DNA of 64,000 nucleotides from Alphaproteobacteria bacterium (lineage in GTDB: Bacteria > Pseudomonadota > Alphaproteobacteria > MPNO01 > UBA830). The stretch is taken from contig OZ219791.1 of assembly GCA_964291215.2 (NCBI GenBank), positions 1,568,001-1,632,000 on the forward strand, written 5' to 3'. This document shows positions 30,893-41,940 of the stretch, piece after piece. The first letter of the stretch is position 1; every line of letters starts with the position of its first letter. Below the pieces are notes generated by a model. It worked only from the letters and a program-made list of their open reading frames with translations. It was not told where the DNA came from and did no database searches. The translations under genes and the position numbers were made by a program.

Positions 30893-32821
30893 TCAGATCG
30901 AGCCGATCGGCCAGGGAAGATTCACGAAGAGATGCTGCAGCAGTCCCCAGGGAAGATCGAGCGTCATCAGCCACGACAGGAACATCAGGACCGCGTCGGC
31001 CGCCAGCGTGAACAGGATCGTGCGCTGCCAGGTCGCCCTCGCCTCGATTCGCAGGAACGCGACGAAGAACACGTTGAGCGCAATGAAGAACCCGGTGATC
31101 GCGGTCAGCAGCATCAGGGCGATCACAGGGACGAGATAGTACCAGATCCCTTTCTCGGGCGGAGCGAATGACCCGATGCCCGGCCGTTCCTCGTCATGGT
31201 TGAAGGTCGTCTCGCGGCCGCCGCTCCGCCAGATGCCAGCGAGGACGAAGCCGCTCAAGACCAGCATAACGACGGCGACGCCCATGGGAAACACGGCGCC
31301 CAGCATGCTGTGCCGCACCGAATCATAGAGCGCCCAGACAAAGACGAGGCCGACGAAACCGGCAAAGAGGAGCTGGGGGGTGAGTACCGCGGCATGAACC
31401 GCGACAGCGTTTCCGGCATCCTTCGGCTGCGGCTTGCTGCGGGCTCCGAGAACGACGGAAACCACAATAATCGCCGCGATCACCAGGACGCCCGGACGGG
31501 TGAGGAAGCCCCACTCATGGAACTGGATCGCTTGGTAGAGATAGGTCTCCGCCTGGTCCGCGAGGACGAATCCGATGAGGAGCGCCGGGCGGGACCACCC
31601 GAATCGCTTCAGGCCGACGCCGAGGAAACCGATGAGGATCAGAAACACGAAATCCATCAGGTCGCGGCTCGCCTGGAATGCCGCGAACGAGATCACCATC
31701 AGCATGAAGGGTGCGAGCAGGTGGTAGCGGATGGTCGTCAGCCGCGCGATCGCCGGTGACAGGAACAGGCACAGCCCGGCACCGACGACGTTGGCAAGCG
31801 CCAGCGTCCACACGATCGTGTAGGTGGTCGGAAGCTCTGCGGTCAGCAGCCGCGGCCCAGGCTCGAGCCCGATCAGGACGAGCCCGCCTATGAATACCGC
31901 CATCGACCCGGAGCCCGGGATGCCGAACAGCAGCGTGGGGATGAGGCCGCCGCCTTCCTTCGCGTTGTTGGCGGACTCCGGAGCGAGGACGCCGCGAATG
32001 TCGCCGGTGCCGAACTGCGACTTGTCGCGCGCGGTCTGGACGACATGGCCGTAAGCGATCCAGTCGACCACGGATCCGCCCAGGCCCGGAATGGCTCCGA
32101 TCAGCGTGCCGATGCCGGCGCAACGCAGGCACAGCCACCGGTGCCGGATCATGTCCTTCAGACCGTCAAGCCAGCCCCGGCCCAGCGCCGCGCCGCTCGC
32201 GATTGTTCCAGACCTGCGAAGGAGGTCGATGACCTCGGGGAATGCGAAGATACCGAGGCCGATCACGACCAGCGGGATGCCGTCCGCCAGATAGTCGACG
32301 CCGAGTGTCATCCGCCACTCACCGGTTGCCGGCGCGCCGCCGATCACGCCCATGACGAGACCGAGACCGCAGGACGCGACGCCCTTCCAGAGATTCCGGC
32401 CGGAAAGGACGCCGACCATCGAGATGCCGAGCACCGCCAGCATGAACAGTTCCGCCGAGGTAAAGAATAGGATGACGGGCTTGGCGACGAGCACGAAGAA
32501 GGTCAGAATCAGGGCGCCGAACAGCCCACCGAACAGCGAAGCCGAGAAGGCCGCGCCGAGGGCGCGGGCGGCCTCGCCCTTCTTGGCAAGCGGAAACCCG
32601 TCCAGCACCGTCGCCTGGGAGGCGGACGAGCCGGGTATGCCCATCAGCACCGAGGTGAAGGTGTCGGAGGTCGGAATGACCGCAACGAGACCGACCAGCA
32701 TGGCGAGCGCCGAGACCGCGTCCATGCCGTAGAGGAACGGGATCAGCAACGACAGGCCGACGATCCCGCCGAGCCCCGGAAACACGCCAACCACGAGCCC
32801 GAGAAGCACGCCCACCACCAT
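30893..32821 (-). CDS. tctA: Tripartite tricarboxylate transporter TctA with fused C-terminal TctB-like region
   Basis: GVFPGLGG, MGIPGSSAS, APESANNAKEGG, LFGIPGSG; extra C-terminal TM segments; the frame stays open ~20 codons upstream of 32821. Confidence 0.88.
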   Translation of the reverse strand: MVVGVLLGLVVGVFPGLGGIVGLSLLIPFLYGMDAVSALAMLVGLVAVIPTSDTFTSVLMGIPGSSASQATVLDGFPLAKKGEAARALGAAFSASLFGGLFGALILTFFVLVAKPVILFFTSAELFMLAVLGISMVGVLSGRNLWKGVASCGLGLVMGVIGGAPATGEWRMTLGVDYLADGIPLVVIGLGIFAFPEVIDLLRRSGTIASGAALGRGWLDGLKDMIRHRWLCLRCAGIGTLIGAIPGLGGSVVDWIAYGHVVQTARDKSQFGTGDIRGVLAPESANNAKEGGGLIPTLLFGIPGSGSMAVFIGGLVLIGLEPGPRLLTAELPTTYTIVWTLALANVVGAGLCLFLSPAIARLTTIRYHLLAPFMLMVISFAAFQASRDLMDFVFLILIGFLGVGLKRFGWSRPALLIGFVLADQAETYLYQAIQFHEWGFLTRPGVLVIAAIIVVSVVLGARSKPQPKDAGNAVAVHAAVLTPQLLFAGFVGLVFVWALYDSVRHSMLGAVFPMGVAVVMLVLSGFVLAGIWRSGGRETTFNHDEERPGIGSFAPPEKGIWYYLVPVIALMLLTAITGFFIALNVFFVAFLRIEARATWQRTILFTLAADAVLMFLSWLMTLDLPWGLLQHLFVNLPWPIGSI

Positions 32822-32902
32822 GAAGATCAGGTGCTGGGCGGTGAACAGGACCGTGAAGGCTTCGGCAAGCGCCTCGAAGATGGGACCCGTATCTCCGTGA
32901 GA

Positions 32903-32930
32903 GCCGGCGGCGGGTTACCCCGCCGCCGGC
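32903..32930 (-). terminator. GC-rich hairpin between tctC and tctA
   Basis: Perfect 12-bp stem gccggcggcggg/cccgccgccggc, no U-tract. Confidence 0.5.
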
Positions 32931-32940
32931 CGATGGAACG

Positions 32941-34023
32941 CTAGAACTTGACGTTGTACTTCGTCGTCAGCCAATCGCGCACCCAGGCCTTTGCTGCCGG
33001 GGGCACGTGGGTCGCCGACTTGTAGCGGACCTCGGCCTCCGCCCCGGTGACCTGGGCGTACTTGCCGATCTTCTTGTCCTTGGTGCCGACATATTCGGGA
33101 TCCGCGAACATGCGCTTGAACGCGTCCTGATAAGCTTTGACCATGTCCGTTGGCGTTTCCTTCGGGACGACCATGAACTTCTGCGCCGGGAAGCCGGCGA
33201 TGAAGAAGGCCTTCCAGGCCTCGAAAGCAGGTCCGGATGGCTTCTTGCCCTTCACCTGCTCATACACCTCGGCGAAGTGCGGGAGATCGGGGAAGGTCGG
33301 ATCACGGATGAGGTTGCCGTCGGCATCAAGGAAGCCCCAACTCATGATCGGAGCGGCGTTGCCCTCCTTGACCAGGGGCGTGACCTTGGACAGGTAGGCG
33401 GCCGATGTTTGGTAGTCGATCTGGGTCTCGCCCGTCATGAAGGCCTTGCGGCCTGCCGACCGGCCCTTCATCCCGAAGACCGCCTTCACGTTCAGGCCCA
33501 GCATCTCGAAGGCGAGAAGCGGCACCAGATCAAGCGAGGTCGCGCCCTGGGAGCCGTATTTGAGCGCCGGGTTCTTCTTCGCCAGATCGGCCGCCGACTT
33601 CGCGCCGAGTTTCGGGCTGATATAGACGACGCCGCCGGTCGCGTAGGCGAGAAGCGGACGCCACTTCGCGTAGTCGTACTTCACGCGCCTGTCCCCAAGG
33701 AGAAACGGAAACTGTGTCGAGCCGGAGGTGCCGAACAGTTCGAGCCCGTTGGCGCGCGCGCGAGACGCGTAGAGATTGGCGCCCTTCGTGGATCCGCCGC
33801 CGGGGACGAACTTGAGCTGGATGGTGGCCCCGATCTGCTTTTCGAGGAGCGGCGCGACGTAGCGCGCCCAGCGCCCGGACCCGCCGCCTTCTTTGAACGG
33901 GATCATCCACGAGATGGTCTTGCCCTTGAGGTCGGCAGCGACCGCGGGTGCGGCCGGCAGGGCCAGCCCGGCCGCTGCCGTGATAGCAAGACCGGAGAGC
34001 GTTCCCTTGATCAGATGTTTCAT
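32941..34023 (-). CDS. tctC: Tripartite tricarboxylate transporter substrate-binding protein
   Basis: Signal peptide; GKTISWMIPFKEGGGSG, PGGGSTKGAN, RDPTFPDLP. Confidence 0.85.
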   Translation of the reverse strand: MKHLIKGTLSGLAITAAAGLALPAAPAVAADLKGKTISWMIPFKEGGGSGRWARYVAPLLEKQIGATIQLKFVPGGGSTKGANLYASRARANGLELFGTSGSTQFPFLLGDRRVKYDYAKWRPLLAYATGGVVYISPKLGAKSAADLAKKNPALKYGSQGATSLDLVPLLAFEMLGLNVKAVFGMKGRSAGRKAFMTGETQIDYQTSAAYLSKVTPLVKEGNAAPIMSWGFLDADGNLIRDPTFPDLPHFAEVYEQVKGKKPSGPAFEAWKAFFIAGFPAQKFMVVPKETPTDMVKAYQDAFKRMFADPEYVGTKDKKIGKYAQVTGAEAEVRYKSATHVPPAAKAWVRDWLTTKYNVKF

Positions 34024-34597
34024 TTGGCTTCTTTCCTTTTCGGGAATCGTCATTACACGATGGCGTTATATAGGAAGCGCCGCGCCGCGGCCACAACTGG
34101 ATCTTTTCGCGGAGCATCGCCGCGCAACTGCCCGGAACCGCCAAGAAAACGGCCAAGCGCGAACCGGTCTCGGATACGCAGTGTATCAAATGCAAGATCC
34201 CGGGCGCATGCCGGAAGTAGCTGGCAGAGGCAGATCCTGAGTGTGCGGAACAGGCGCCATCGATCGATAACCGGTCGTCAATGTCCTTGTCGATGCCGGG
34301 AAGATGTCCGCGGCTTCGACGGGCAGGATTCGGGCAGTCGGTGGCGTCCCGGGAACTCGGTGCGGAACACCAGCCGGCTGTTTCCGGAACAGCCGCTACC
34401 CGCCGGAAAAGTGCAACCCGGCTCCGCAATGGTGTATGTCTGTACGCCTCCCCCCCCCCCCCGAACGTCGGGCGGGGGCTTTCGAAGGGCGGTATCGGCA
34501 ATGGAGCGCGGCAAGCCATGATGACGGTTTCTGGTCCGAACGCGGTTTTGCGGACCTCCATCCATCGCCCGTGCACCTCGCGTCGGCAGCAGCCGGC

Positions 34598-36169
34598 ATG
34601 ACGTCTCTGCCGCAACTCGACATCGCGTTCCGTACGCTCGGCGCGGCGTTCGAGGATTTCGCGGCGCGCCACCCGCACAAGCTCGCAATACACTCAATCG
34701 ACCAGGACATCTCCCTGGATTTCGCGGCCCTCGACGAGTTCGTCGAACGCACCGCCGCAAGAATGGTCGAGTTCGGCATCTCGCGGGGCAGCCGCGTCGC
34801 AATCCTGTCGGGCGAATGCGTGGAAAAGCTCATCCTCATGTTCGCGGCGTGGCGCTGCGGCGCGTCCGCGTGCCCGTTTCACACGGAAATCCCGGCTGGC
34901 CATCTCGGTTCCATTCTTGCGGCCATCGAGCCGTCCCTCGTCGTCTGGCATTGCGACCTGGACGGCCCTGCAATCCTCGGCGGCCTCTCTTGCCCGCAGG
35001 TGTCTTTCAGTCGCATCGGCGAATGCGAAGGGTTTCTCGCACGGCCGGGAACCGGTCCGCTGCCGCAACGGGGTGAAGAGTACGGTCCCACGGACGAGGG
35101 ATGCATCTTCGCGACCTCGGGCACGACCGACCGGCCCAAATGCGTGGTCTGGGATCACCTGGGGCTCTGGATGTGCGGGCTGTCGACCATCGACTTCACC
35201 GGCATGACGGCAGAGGACCGCATTCTCGAGTACCGCACCTTCAGCTGGTTGTCTCCCCAGATTGTCACCTTCATGCCCTTCGTGTCGCTGGGGCTGACGA
35301 TCGTGATCGCGGACGGATTTTCGAGGGCCCGCTTCTTCGACTGGATCCGCGATCATGCGATCACGGTCGCGGCCGGCGTCCCGACGGTCATCAACATGCT
35401 GCTCGACGACCCCGTCAACGTGCCGCCCGGAGACCTGGCGTCGCTGCGGCTGATGACAGCCAGTTCGGCACCGCTCGCCCCGGACCGCTGGCGGCGTTTC
35501 GAGGACCGCTACGGCATTACGGTGCTCCAGTTCTACGGCGCCTCGGAAGGCGGCTGGCTGTGCGGCAACCGGCATGACCGCAGGCGGGTCGGAACCGCGG
35601 GGCCCTCTGCCCGGTACATGGATCTCGCAATCGTTGACGACGACGGAGGAATCTGCCCGCCGGGTGTCGCCGGCGAGATCACCATTCGCGGCCCCCAGAC
35701 TGCCACCGCCGCCATCTCGTCAAACGGTGAGTGGGAGGACCGGACGGGCTTCCGTCTGTCGGAACGCACGAGGACCGGAGATCTCGGTGTCATGGACGGC
35801 GATGGCTTCGTAAGTGTTACCGGACGGGTGAAGGATGTCATTCTTCGCGGCGGAGTCTCAATCGCGCCGCTCGAGATCGACGCAGCGATGGTCCGAAATC
35901 CCGGCATCAGCGAGGCCGCAGCCATCGGCATACCCGATCCGGTCTGGGGGGAGGAGATCGCCTGCTATGTGGTCCTGGCCCCCGGCGCAAAGCTCGATGA
36001 CGCCTCGATTCTGGCACACGCGGAGACAGTCCTTCCTCCTTCGCGACAACCCCGGCGCGTAGTAATTGTCGACCAGCTGCCCAGAAACGACCGTGCCAAG
36101 GTCAAACGGGACGCGCTCAAACGGATGTGGATCGAGACCGGGGAGCCAGAGGGGCAGGACGAAGGCTGA
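34598..36169 (+). CDS. Class I adenylate-forming enzyme (acyl-CoA synthetase family)
   Basis: ATSGTTDRPK, QFYGASEGG, RTGDLG, TGRVKDVILRGG, LPRNDRAKV. Confidence 0.9.
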   Translation: MTSLPQLDIAFRTLGAAFEDFAARHPHKLAIHSIDQDISLDFAALDEFVERTAARMVEFGISRGSRVAILSGECVEKLILMFAAWRCGASACPFHTEIPAGHLGSILAAIEPSLVVWHCDLDGPAILGGLSCPQVSFSRIGECEGFLARPGTGPLPQRGEEYGPTDEGCIFATSGTTDRPKCVVWDHLGLWMCGLSTIDFTGMTAEDRILEYRTFSWLSPQIVTFMPFVSLGLTIVIADGFSRARFFDWIRDHAITVAAGVPTVINMLLDDPVNVPPGDLASLRLMTASSAPLAPDRWRRFEDRYGITVLQFYGASEGGWLCGNRHDRRRVGTAGPSARYMDLAIVDDDGGICPPGVAGEITIRGPQTATAAISSNGEWEDRTGFRLSERTRTGDLGVMDGDGFVSVTGRVKDVILRGGVSIAPLEIDAAMVRNPGISEAAAIGIPDPVWGEEIACYVVLAPGAKLDDASILAHAETVLPPSRQPRRVVIVDQLPRNDRAKVKRDALKRMWIETGEPEGQDEG

Positions 36170-36225
36170 CAGGTACTAGTGCCGAAGAACGCTCGCCGAG
36201 ATCGAGGCGAACACCAAGATCGGCT

Positions 36226-36292
36226 GTAACTGTTCACCCCCTGGTTCCGGCTTGATGTCGGGGTAGAGCAACGCGGAATGGATCGGGTCATT
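36226..36292 (+). mobile_element. Left end of an IS66-type element (same family as 36631), truncated by a group II intron
   Basis: gtaactgttcaccccctggttccggcttgatgtcggggtagagcaacg, one mismatch from the start of 36631. Confidence 0.8.
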
Positions 36293-36630
36293 GTGCAGCG
36301 GTCTAGCTGCTGATCTTGCGGGTGCAAGTCCCGCCGACGCAATTCCCAGTTTGGCACCGTAGCATATCCCACTGGTTCAGGGGTAACCCTAGGCCAGCGA
36401 GCTGGGATGTAGAAGCCGTTGTGGGCTGGCTGGAACACAATGTCCGGCCGGTCTGGTCAGCCAGAGCGGTGAGCGAACCGGAGGGCGAAAGCGAACGATG
36501 AAGCCTCGAAAAGGAAATTCCCACACGAATCTGATTTGTGGGGCAATCGGGAATGCCAAGGGCCTGTCTCCTGCCTAGTGGCTAGTGTCGATGCGGAAGA
36601 GCTGGGTGCGCCAGGCTAGGTTGTGGACTC

Positions 36631-38145
36631 GTAACTGCTCACCCCCTGGTTCCGGCTTGATGTCGGGGTAGAGCAACGAACGGGTTTTCGTGGAGATTTG
36701 ACACTGCATGCCGATTCGCTTAGTGGTGGTCATCGAGAACGACGGGGACCGCCAGTGGGCTACTTTGGATCGAAGGCGACGAGCGGGCTGTGCCAGTTGC
36801 TTCCGGGGCTCCAGCCTCCGCATGATCTGTATGTGGAAACGCATCTCGGAAGCGGCGCGCTGATGAAGCGCAAGGCCGGGTGATGGCGACGGTCAACGCG
36901 GCGCGCGAGGAGTTCGAAGCGGCCAAGACCGCGGCGCTGCCGGCAAGGTGGCGGAAGAGGCCGTGATCCGCGTCCTCGTCATCCTGCTCGACATCCTCAT
37001 CGTCGTCCTTCTGGAGAAGACCACGCACGAGCCGGAACTCCGGTCTGCCGCCGTCACAGACGGACAAGAGCGTGCCGGAAGCAACGGCAAGGGCCCGAAG
37101 CCGAACCGGCAGATGGGCGACAACCTGCGCAAGACCATCGTCGAGGAAACGGTCGCGGCCTGCGACGCCTGCGGCGCCGACGGCCCCGTCGATCGGGAGC
37201 GCCGCACGACATCGTGTTCGAGGTCGTCGAGCGCCGCGTCGACACCGAGGAATGCCCGAAGTGCAAGGGCCGGTTCCCCGACAACATCCCGTGCAGTACG
37301 GCATCGGCATCCAAGCCCTCGTCATCAACCTGCTGGTCGCCCAGATGCTGTCCCTGCGCCGTGCCGTCGCGTTCGTGCAGTCGATCTCCGGCATCAAGCT
37401 CTCCGAGGCAACCTGCCTCGGCTATGCTTTCACGATGCGTCATGGGAGGAGGCCGCCGTGGCGCACCTCCTGCAACGCCCGATGTCGACGATTTCGGATC
37501 AACAGCAAGTGGCTCCATGTCGTGGGACCCTGACGTGCAAGTTCCCGCACCGCAAGCGCGGCCGGGAGGCAAGAGATCGGCCCGTGCTACAAGGGCGTCC
37601 TGGGCCTCGTACATGGGCCAGTGTAGCCACCAGCGGCAGCCACCTGCTGCGCGAACTGACCTTTGTCGTCGAGGCTACCGCGCGACTGATGAAGAGCCTG
37701 TTCCGCGAGGTCTGCCACAAGGTCAACAAGAGCGCATCCAAAACCCTGAACGACGCCGGGCGCAAGCGCTACCGCACCATCAGGGCGCCAGGGAACTGCC
37801 CGATATCCCGACGAAAGGAAAACGTGGACGCAAGTCCGACGCGCACAACCTGCACGAACGTCTCGTGAAACACGAAAACCTGCGCTTCACAGACGACCCC
37901 GACGTCAGCTTCACCAACAATGCCGGAGAACAGAAAATCAGGATGGCAAAGGTCAAGGTGTCCGGATGCTTCCGCACCATGCTCGACGCAAAAGCATGGT
38001 GCCGGGGCTCAAGCTACCTCACCTCCATGGCCGCACTCGGCTACAATCATCACGTTGCCACCCAGATCGCCCTCGACGGAAAAGCCGCAGACATCATCAA
38101 CGAGCACCACGACCAATCAGAACCCAACTAGGGGTGAGTAGATAC
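36631..38145 (+). mobile_element. IS66-family single-transposase (ISBst12-like) element 1 with methyltransferase remnant
   Basis: TIRs gtaactgctcacccc / ggggtgagtagatac; 8-bp TSD gtggactc; PVQYG, HLLREL, DVSFTNNAGEQKIRMAKV. Confidence 0.92.
36755..36883 (+). pseudogene. N-terminal remnant of an adenine DNA methyltransferase
   Basis: VGYFGSKATSGLCQLLPGLQPPHDLYVETHLGSGALMKRK, homologous to 45102-45761. Confidence 0.85.
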
Positions 38146-39953
38146 GTGGACTCAAATAATTGGTTTGCGATTCTGCGGAGCAAGAATCGGCTGGCAGCCA
38201 GTTGCACGGCGGAGAGGAAGTTCCTTGTCATAACGGGTGGCGACTCGTCGGAACTCCTTGATCTTGCCGAAAAACCGCTCGATCAGGTTGCGAATCCTGT
38301 AGATCTCGCGGTCGAGCGGCCGTGGCGATGTCCGGTTGGATTTCATGACCGCGGTTGCTCCTGCCGTCTCGATCAGATGGCGTCGGTGTCGTAGGCCTTG
38401 TCGCCGACCACCGTCTCGCTCGAGGTCGGCGAGAAGCGCCTCCGCCTGCGCGCAGTCGGCCGCTTGGCCCGGGGTCAGGAACACGGTCTTCACCCTCTCG
38501 TTCTCGCCAAGATGGACCTTCGTCGTTCGTCCGCCACGGCCCGATTTGCGAAGGCTCGTCGTCCCGGGACGCCTCAGCTTGTGAACGCGCACCGACAAGG
38601 AGTCGACCATGCGCAGGTGAACCGAGCCGGGCGGGCCATCGTCGCTCCCGTCACCATCGCTCGTAAGCCTTTGAAGCTTCTCCATGCCCAAGTGCCGTTC
38701 TTGCTCCACCGGTTGAAGCGGTTGAAGCAGACGGACCGTAGCGCAGGTCGCGCCACGGCGTACCGGTGCGAAGCACGAAGAATATCCCGTTCATGACCCT
38801 CCGGTCATGCACCCGCTCCGGGCCCTGGTGCTTGTCAGGAAGCACCGAGCGGAGAACTTTTCATTCCGCGTCGCTCATGTCGTGTCGGTCGCCGCTCATC
38901 CTTCACTCTCCTTGTGAATCGCTTTCGACAAGAATAAGGCAGATCATGCAAAATGTCAACATTTGGGTACACAACCTAACTGGTGGAATGTTGCCGGGTG
39001 CAAGTCCCGGCAGGAAGAGAGGCTAACCACCACTTTCTCCGTGAACCATGCGTCGTGAGGCGAAGCGTTGGTGAGCGGCAGGCCGGGCTATTGAGCCACG
39101 AGATTCTGTGAAACCGGAGTGCCGAGGTCGTGGCCGAAGGCAACACCCTGTGTGCCGTATTGGTGAGGCAGACGGGGGCTCCGCGGGGTCTGAGAACCAT
39201 GGCCGAAGCAGGGACCTGGGAGGTCTTTCAATTGTCCCTCTGTCGTGGAGGGGCCGCAGAGGAAAGGAACTAATCCGTAAACCGATGATGAACGAGAAGT
39301 CAGATTCGGCCATAGTACCGTTGAAGGCGGCGAACAAGGGTTCTTCGGAGCCTGCGGAGTTGTTTGAGGGAAGGGCAATGCGGTTGGCCCGCGCCGCGCG
39401 CAGAAGCGGGGGTCACAGGCGGCTGAACGCAGGTAGCGAAGAGGAACCCGGAAGAGCGTCTTTACTCCACCACGTGACGGTCGACATTCTGCACGATGCG
39501 TTCCATTCCTTGAGGAAGGACGCGGCGGCGGGCGTGGACGGCGTTGTGTGGCAAGCGTACGCGGAGGGTTTGGAAGACCGTCTGGTTGACCTGCACGCCC
39601 GTGTGCACAGGGGTGCGTACCGGGCGCCTCCAGGGTCTACATACCCAAGGAGGATGGAGGGCAACGACCGCTTGCCTCGCTGGAGGACAAGATTCTTCAG
39701 CGGGCGGTGTGATTCTGGTGCCGCGAGACGGAGTTCCTCGGGTTCAGTTACGGCTTCCGGCCGGGGCGCACAACGCGCTCGATGCAGTCACGGTGGAACG
39801 GCGGAAGGTCAACTGGATCGTTGACGCCCCTTCGACAACCGCGACCACCTGGTCGCGATGCTCGAGAGACGGATCGGGGGGTCTGATCATCAAGTGACGC
39901 CGGCATCATGGAAGGGACCGACTGGCAAGGGGACACCGCAGGGGGGCGATTGT

Positions 39954-41940
39954 AACGCCCCAAACGCAAAAGGCAACTTCCGCTTTGAGCGCGAAATTGT
40001 GCATTGGCGCGACCGCCCTTTGATTGATTTGAGACGCAAACGGTAATATCGTTATGACAAATGGCGCGATCATCGCGATCCCAAAAGGTCGAGCGGCACC
40101 GCGTACACCTTGCTCGCCCAAGGCGTGACGGCAAGCGAAGCGGTGCCTGTCTCAGCGCTTCGGTTTGTCACGGCGTATCGCTACCTCCAGGAGGCGTGCG
40201 CCATGAGCCAGCCGGTCGAGCCGGCCGAGGCGGTGATCCCGATCACCATCAAGATTCCAGGCACGGAGGCTTTGCGGGCGCATTCCAGGAGCAGCGGCGA
40301 TTCGATAGGGGAGATTGTCGCGCGGGCTTTGAGACGCTCGGACATGGGTCGTCATTGCTGAACGCCGCTCAAGCTCTCGGCCCGCCGTTCACCTTGACTT
40401 TGATCGTCTGCTCGCCGCCAAGCTCCAGAACGCCTACGCGATCCTGGTGCCCGGCCCACAAGATCCCAACCCACGACGTAGGAGACGATCATGAAGATTG
40501 CAGCCCTGTGGGTCTCGGGCGAGCAGGGATAGCAACACGATCGCCAGCCAGGCCTTGGTTGCCTACACGCCATGGCTACTGCGTGGCGCCCGACATGGTC
40601 ATCGAGGATGACGGCTATACCGGCGCGGTTCTCGAACGCTGGAGCGTGTCAGGGACCTCGCCGCGGAGGGGCGCGCCGTCCTGGTCCATGCCCCGGATCG
40701 CTTGAGCCGCCGCCTATCAGGTTCTGATCATCGAGGAGCTGGCCCGGCGTTGAGACCGTGTTCCTGAACGCGCCGTCGATGGAAACCCCCGAAGACCATC
40801 TCCTCGTCTAGGGAATGATCGCGGAATACGAGCGCGCGCAGATTCTGGAGCGTTCCCGTCGCGGCAAGCGTCGTCGGGCGCGGCGAGGTCGCCGGCGCAC
40901 CCTATGGCTACCACAAGAAAACCCAGGACAGCGACGCTTTCTACGAAATCACCGAACCGCAGGCGTCCGTGATCTACCGCCATTACACCGAAGATCACGT
41001 CAGCATCGGCGCGATCGCTCGCACACTCAACAAGTGTCCCCACGTCTTCCGGGCGCTGGGAACGCTCGGTGGTGATCCTGCGGAGTACAAGGGAAGAGCG
41101 TGCAAGACCCGGGTTGCGCCGCAGCGTGCGGCCTCTGCGCCGCCGCGACAGCAACACTGCCGGTCACGAACGGCCGCGACTGGATCGAGATCCCGGTGCC
41201 AGCGATCGTCAGCGAAGAGACCTTCGCCCTCGCCGAAGAGCAACGCAACAAGGTCTTCTCCAGGCGTAGGACCAAAACGCCCAGCGTCTCGCAGGGGCGT
41301 GCGGCAAATGCGGCTACGTCGGCCCGAACCACTGCCCGCAAGATCTCCTACTACCGCTGCCTGGGTTCCGACGCCTGGCGCCATCTCAACGGCCCGCTGT
41401 GCAACAGCCGTCCCGTGCATCTGCTCGATGACATCGTATGGCTGGTCCGCTTGCTCGAAGATCCGGCGCTCGTGAAAGCAGAGATCGGACTGGAGGCAGC
41501 CCGTGTCTCCGATCCAAGCCAGCAGCGCGAGGCCGACCTTCGGCATCGGCTGGGTCCGCAAGGCCATCGACCGCTTCGTCACGGCCTATCAGGAGGAGTT
41601 GATCACCATCGACGAGTTGCGCAACAGAACGCCCGAGCTCCGCCGTCAGGAACAAGCGCTGCATCGCGAACTGCAATCCACCGTCGATCGCGCCAAGGAT
41701 CGAGAGACTTATCTTCGGCTCGCCGAGACTCTGACCGGCTTTCTGGCGCGGCTGCGTTCGTCAGCCGAAACTCTGGACATCGCCGAACGGCAGCGTATCG
41801 TCCCGCTCCTCGTGAAGGAGATACTTGTCACCGAGGACAAAATCACTATCCGCCATTCCATCTCGCCGGGCGCGGACCCGTCGAGACCCGACAACGGCGG
41901 ACCCGAAGGCGAGAGTTACCTTTTGCGTTCGGGGCGTCGT
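39954..41940 (+). mobile_element. Minimal large-serine-recombinase element (two small ORFs + decayed LSR)
   Basis: 25-bp inverted arms (22/25) with GT at both junctions; EDDGYTG, PDRLSRR, MIAEYERAQILERSRRGK, APYGY, YYRC..C Zn ribbon, coiled coil. Confidence 0.88.

Larger units (their letters stand above)
36619..38976 (-). mobile_element. IS5-family (IS427-like) element with decayed transposase (38152-~38900)
   Basis: TIRs ggttgtggactcaaat / rc ggttgtgtacccaaat, TA duplicated; NGIFFVLRTGTPWRDL, RNLIERFFGKIKEFRRVATRYDK. Confidence 0.88.
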
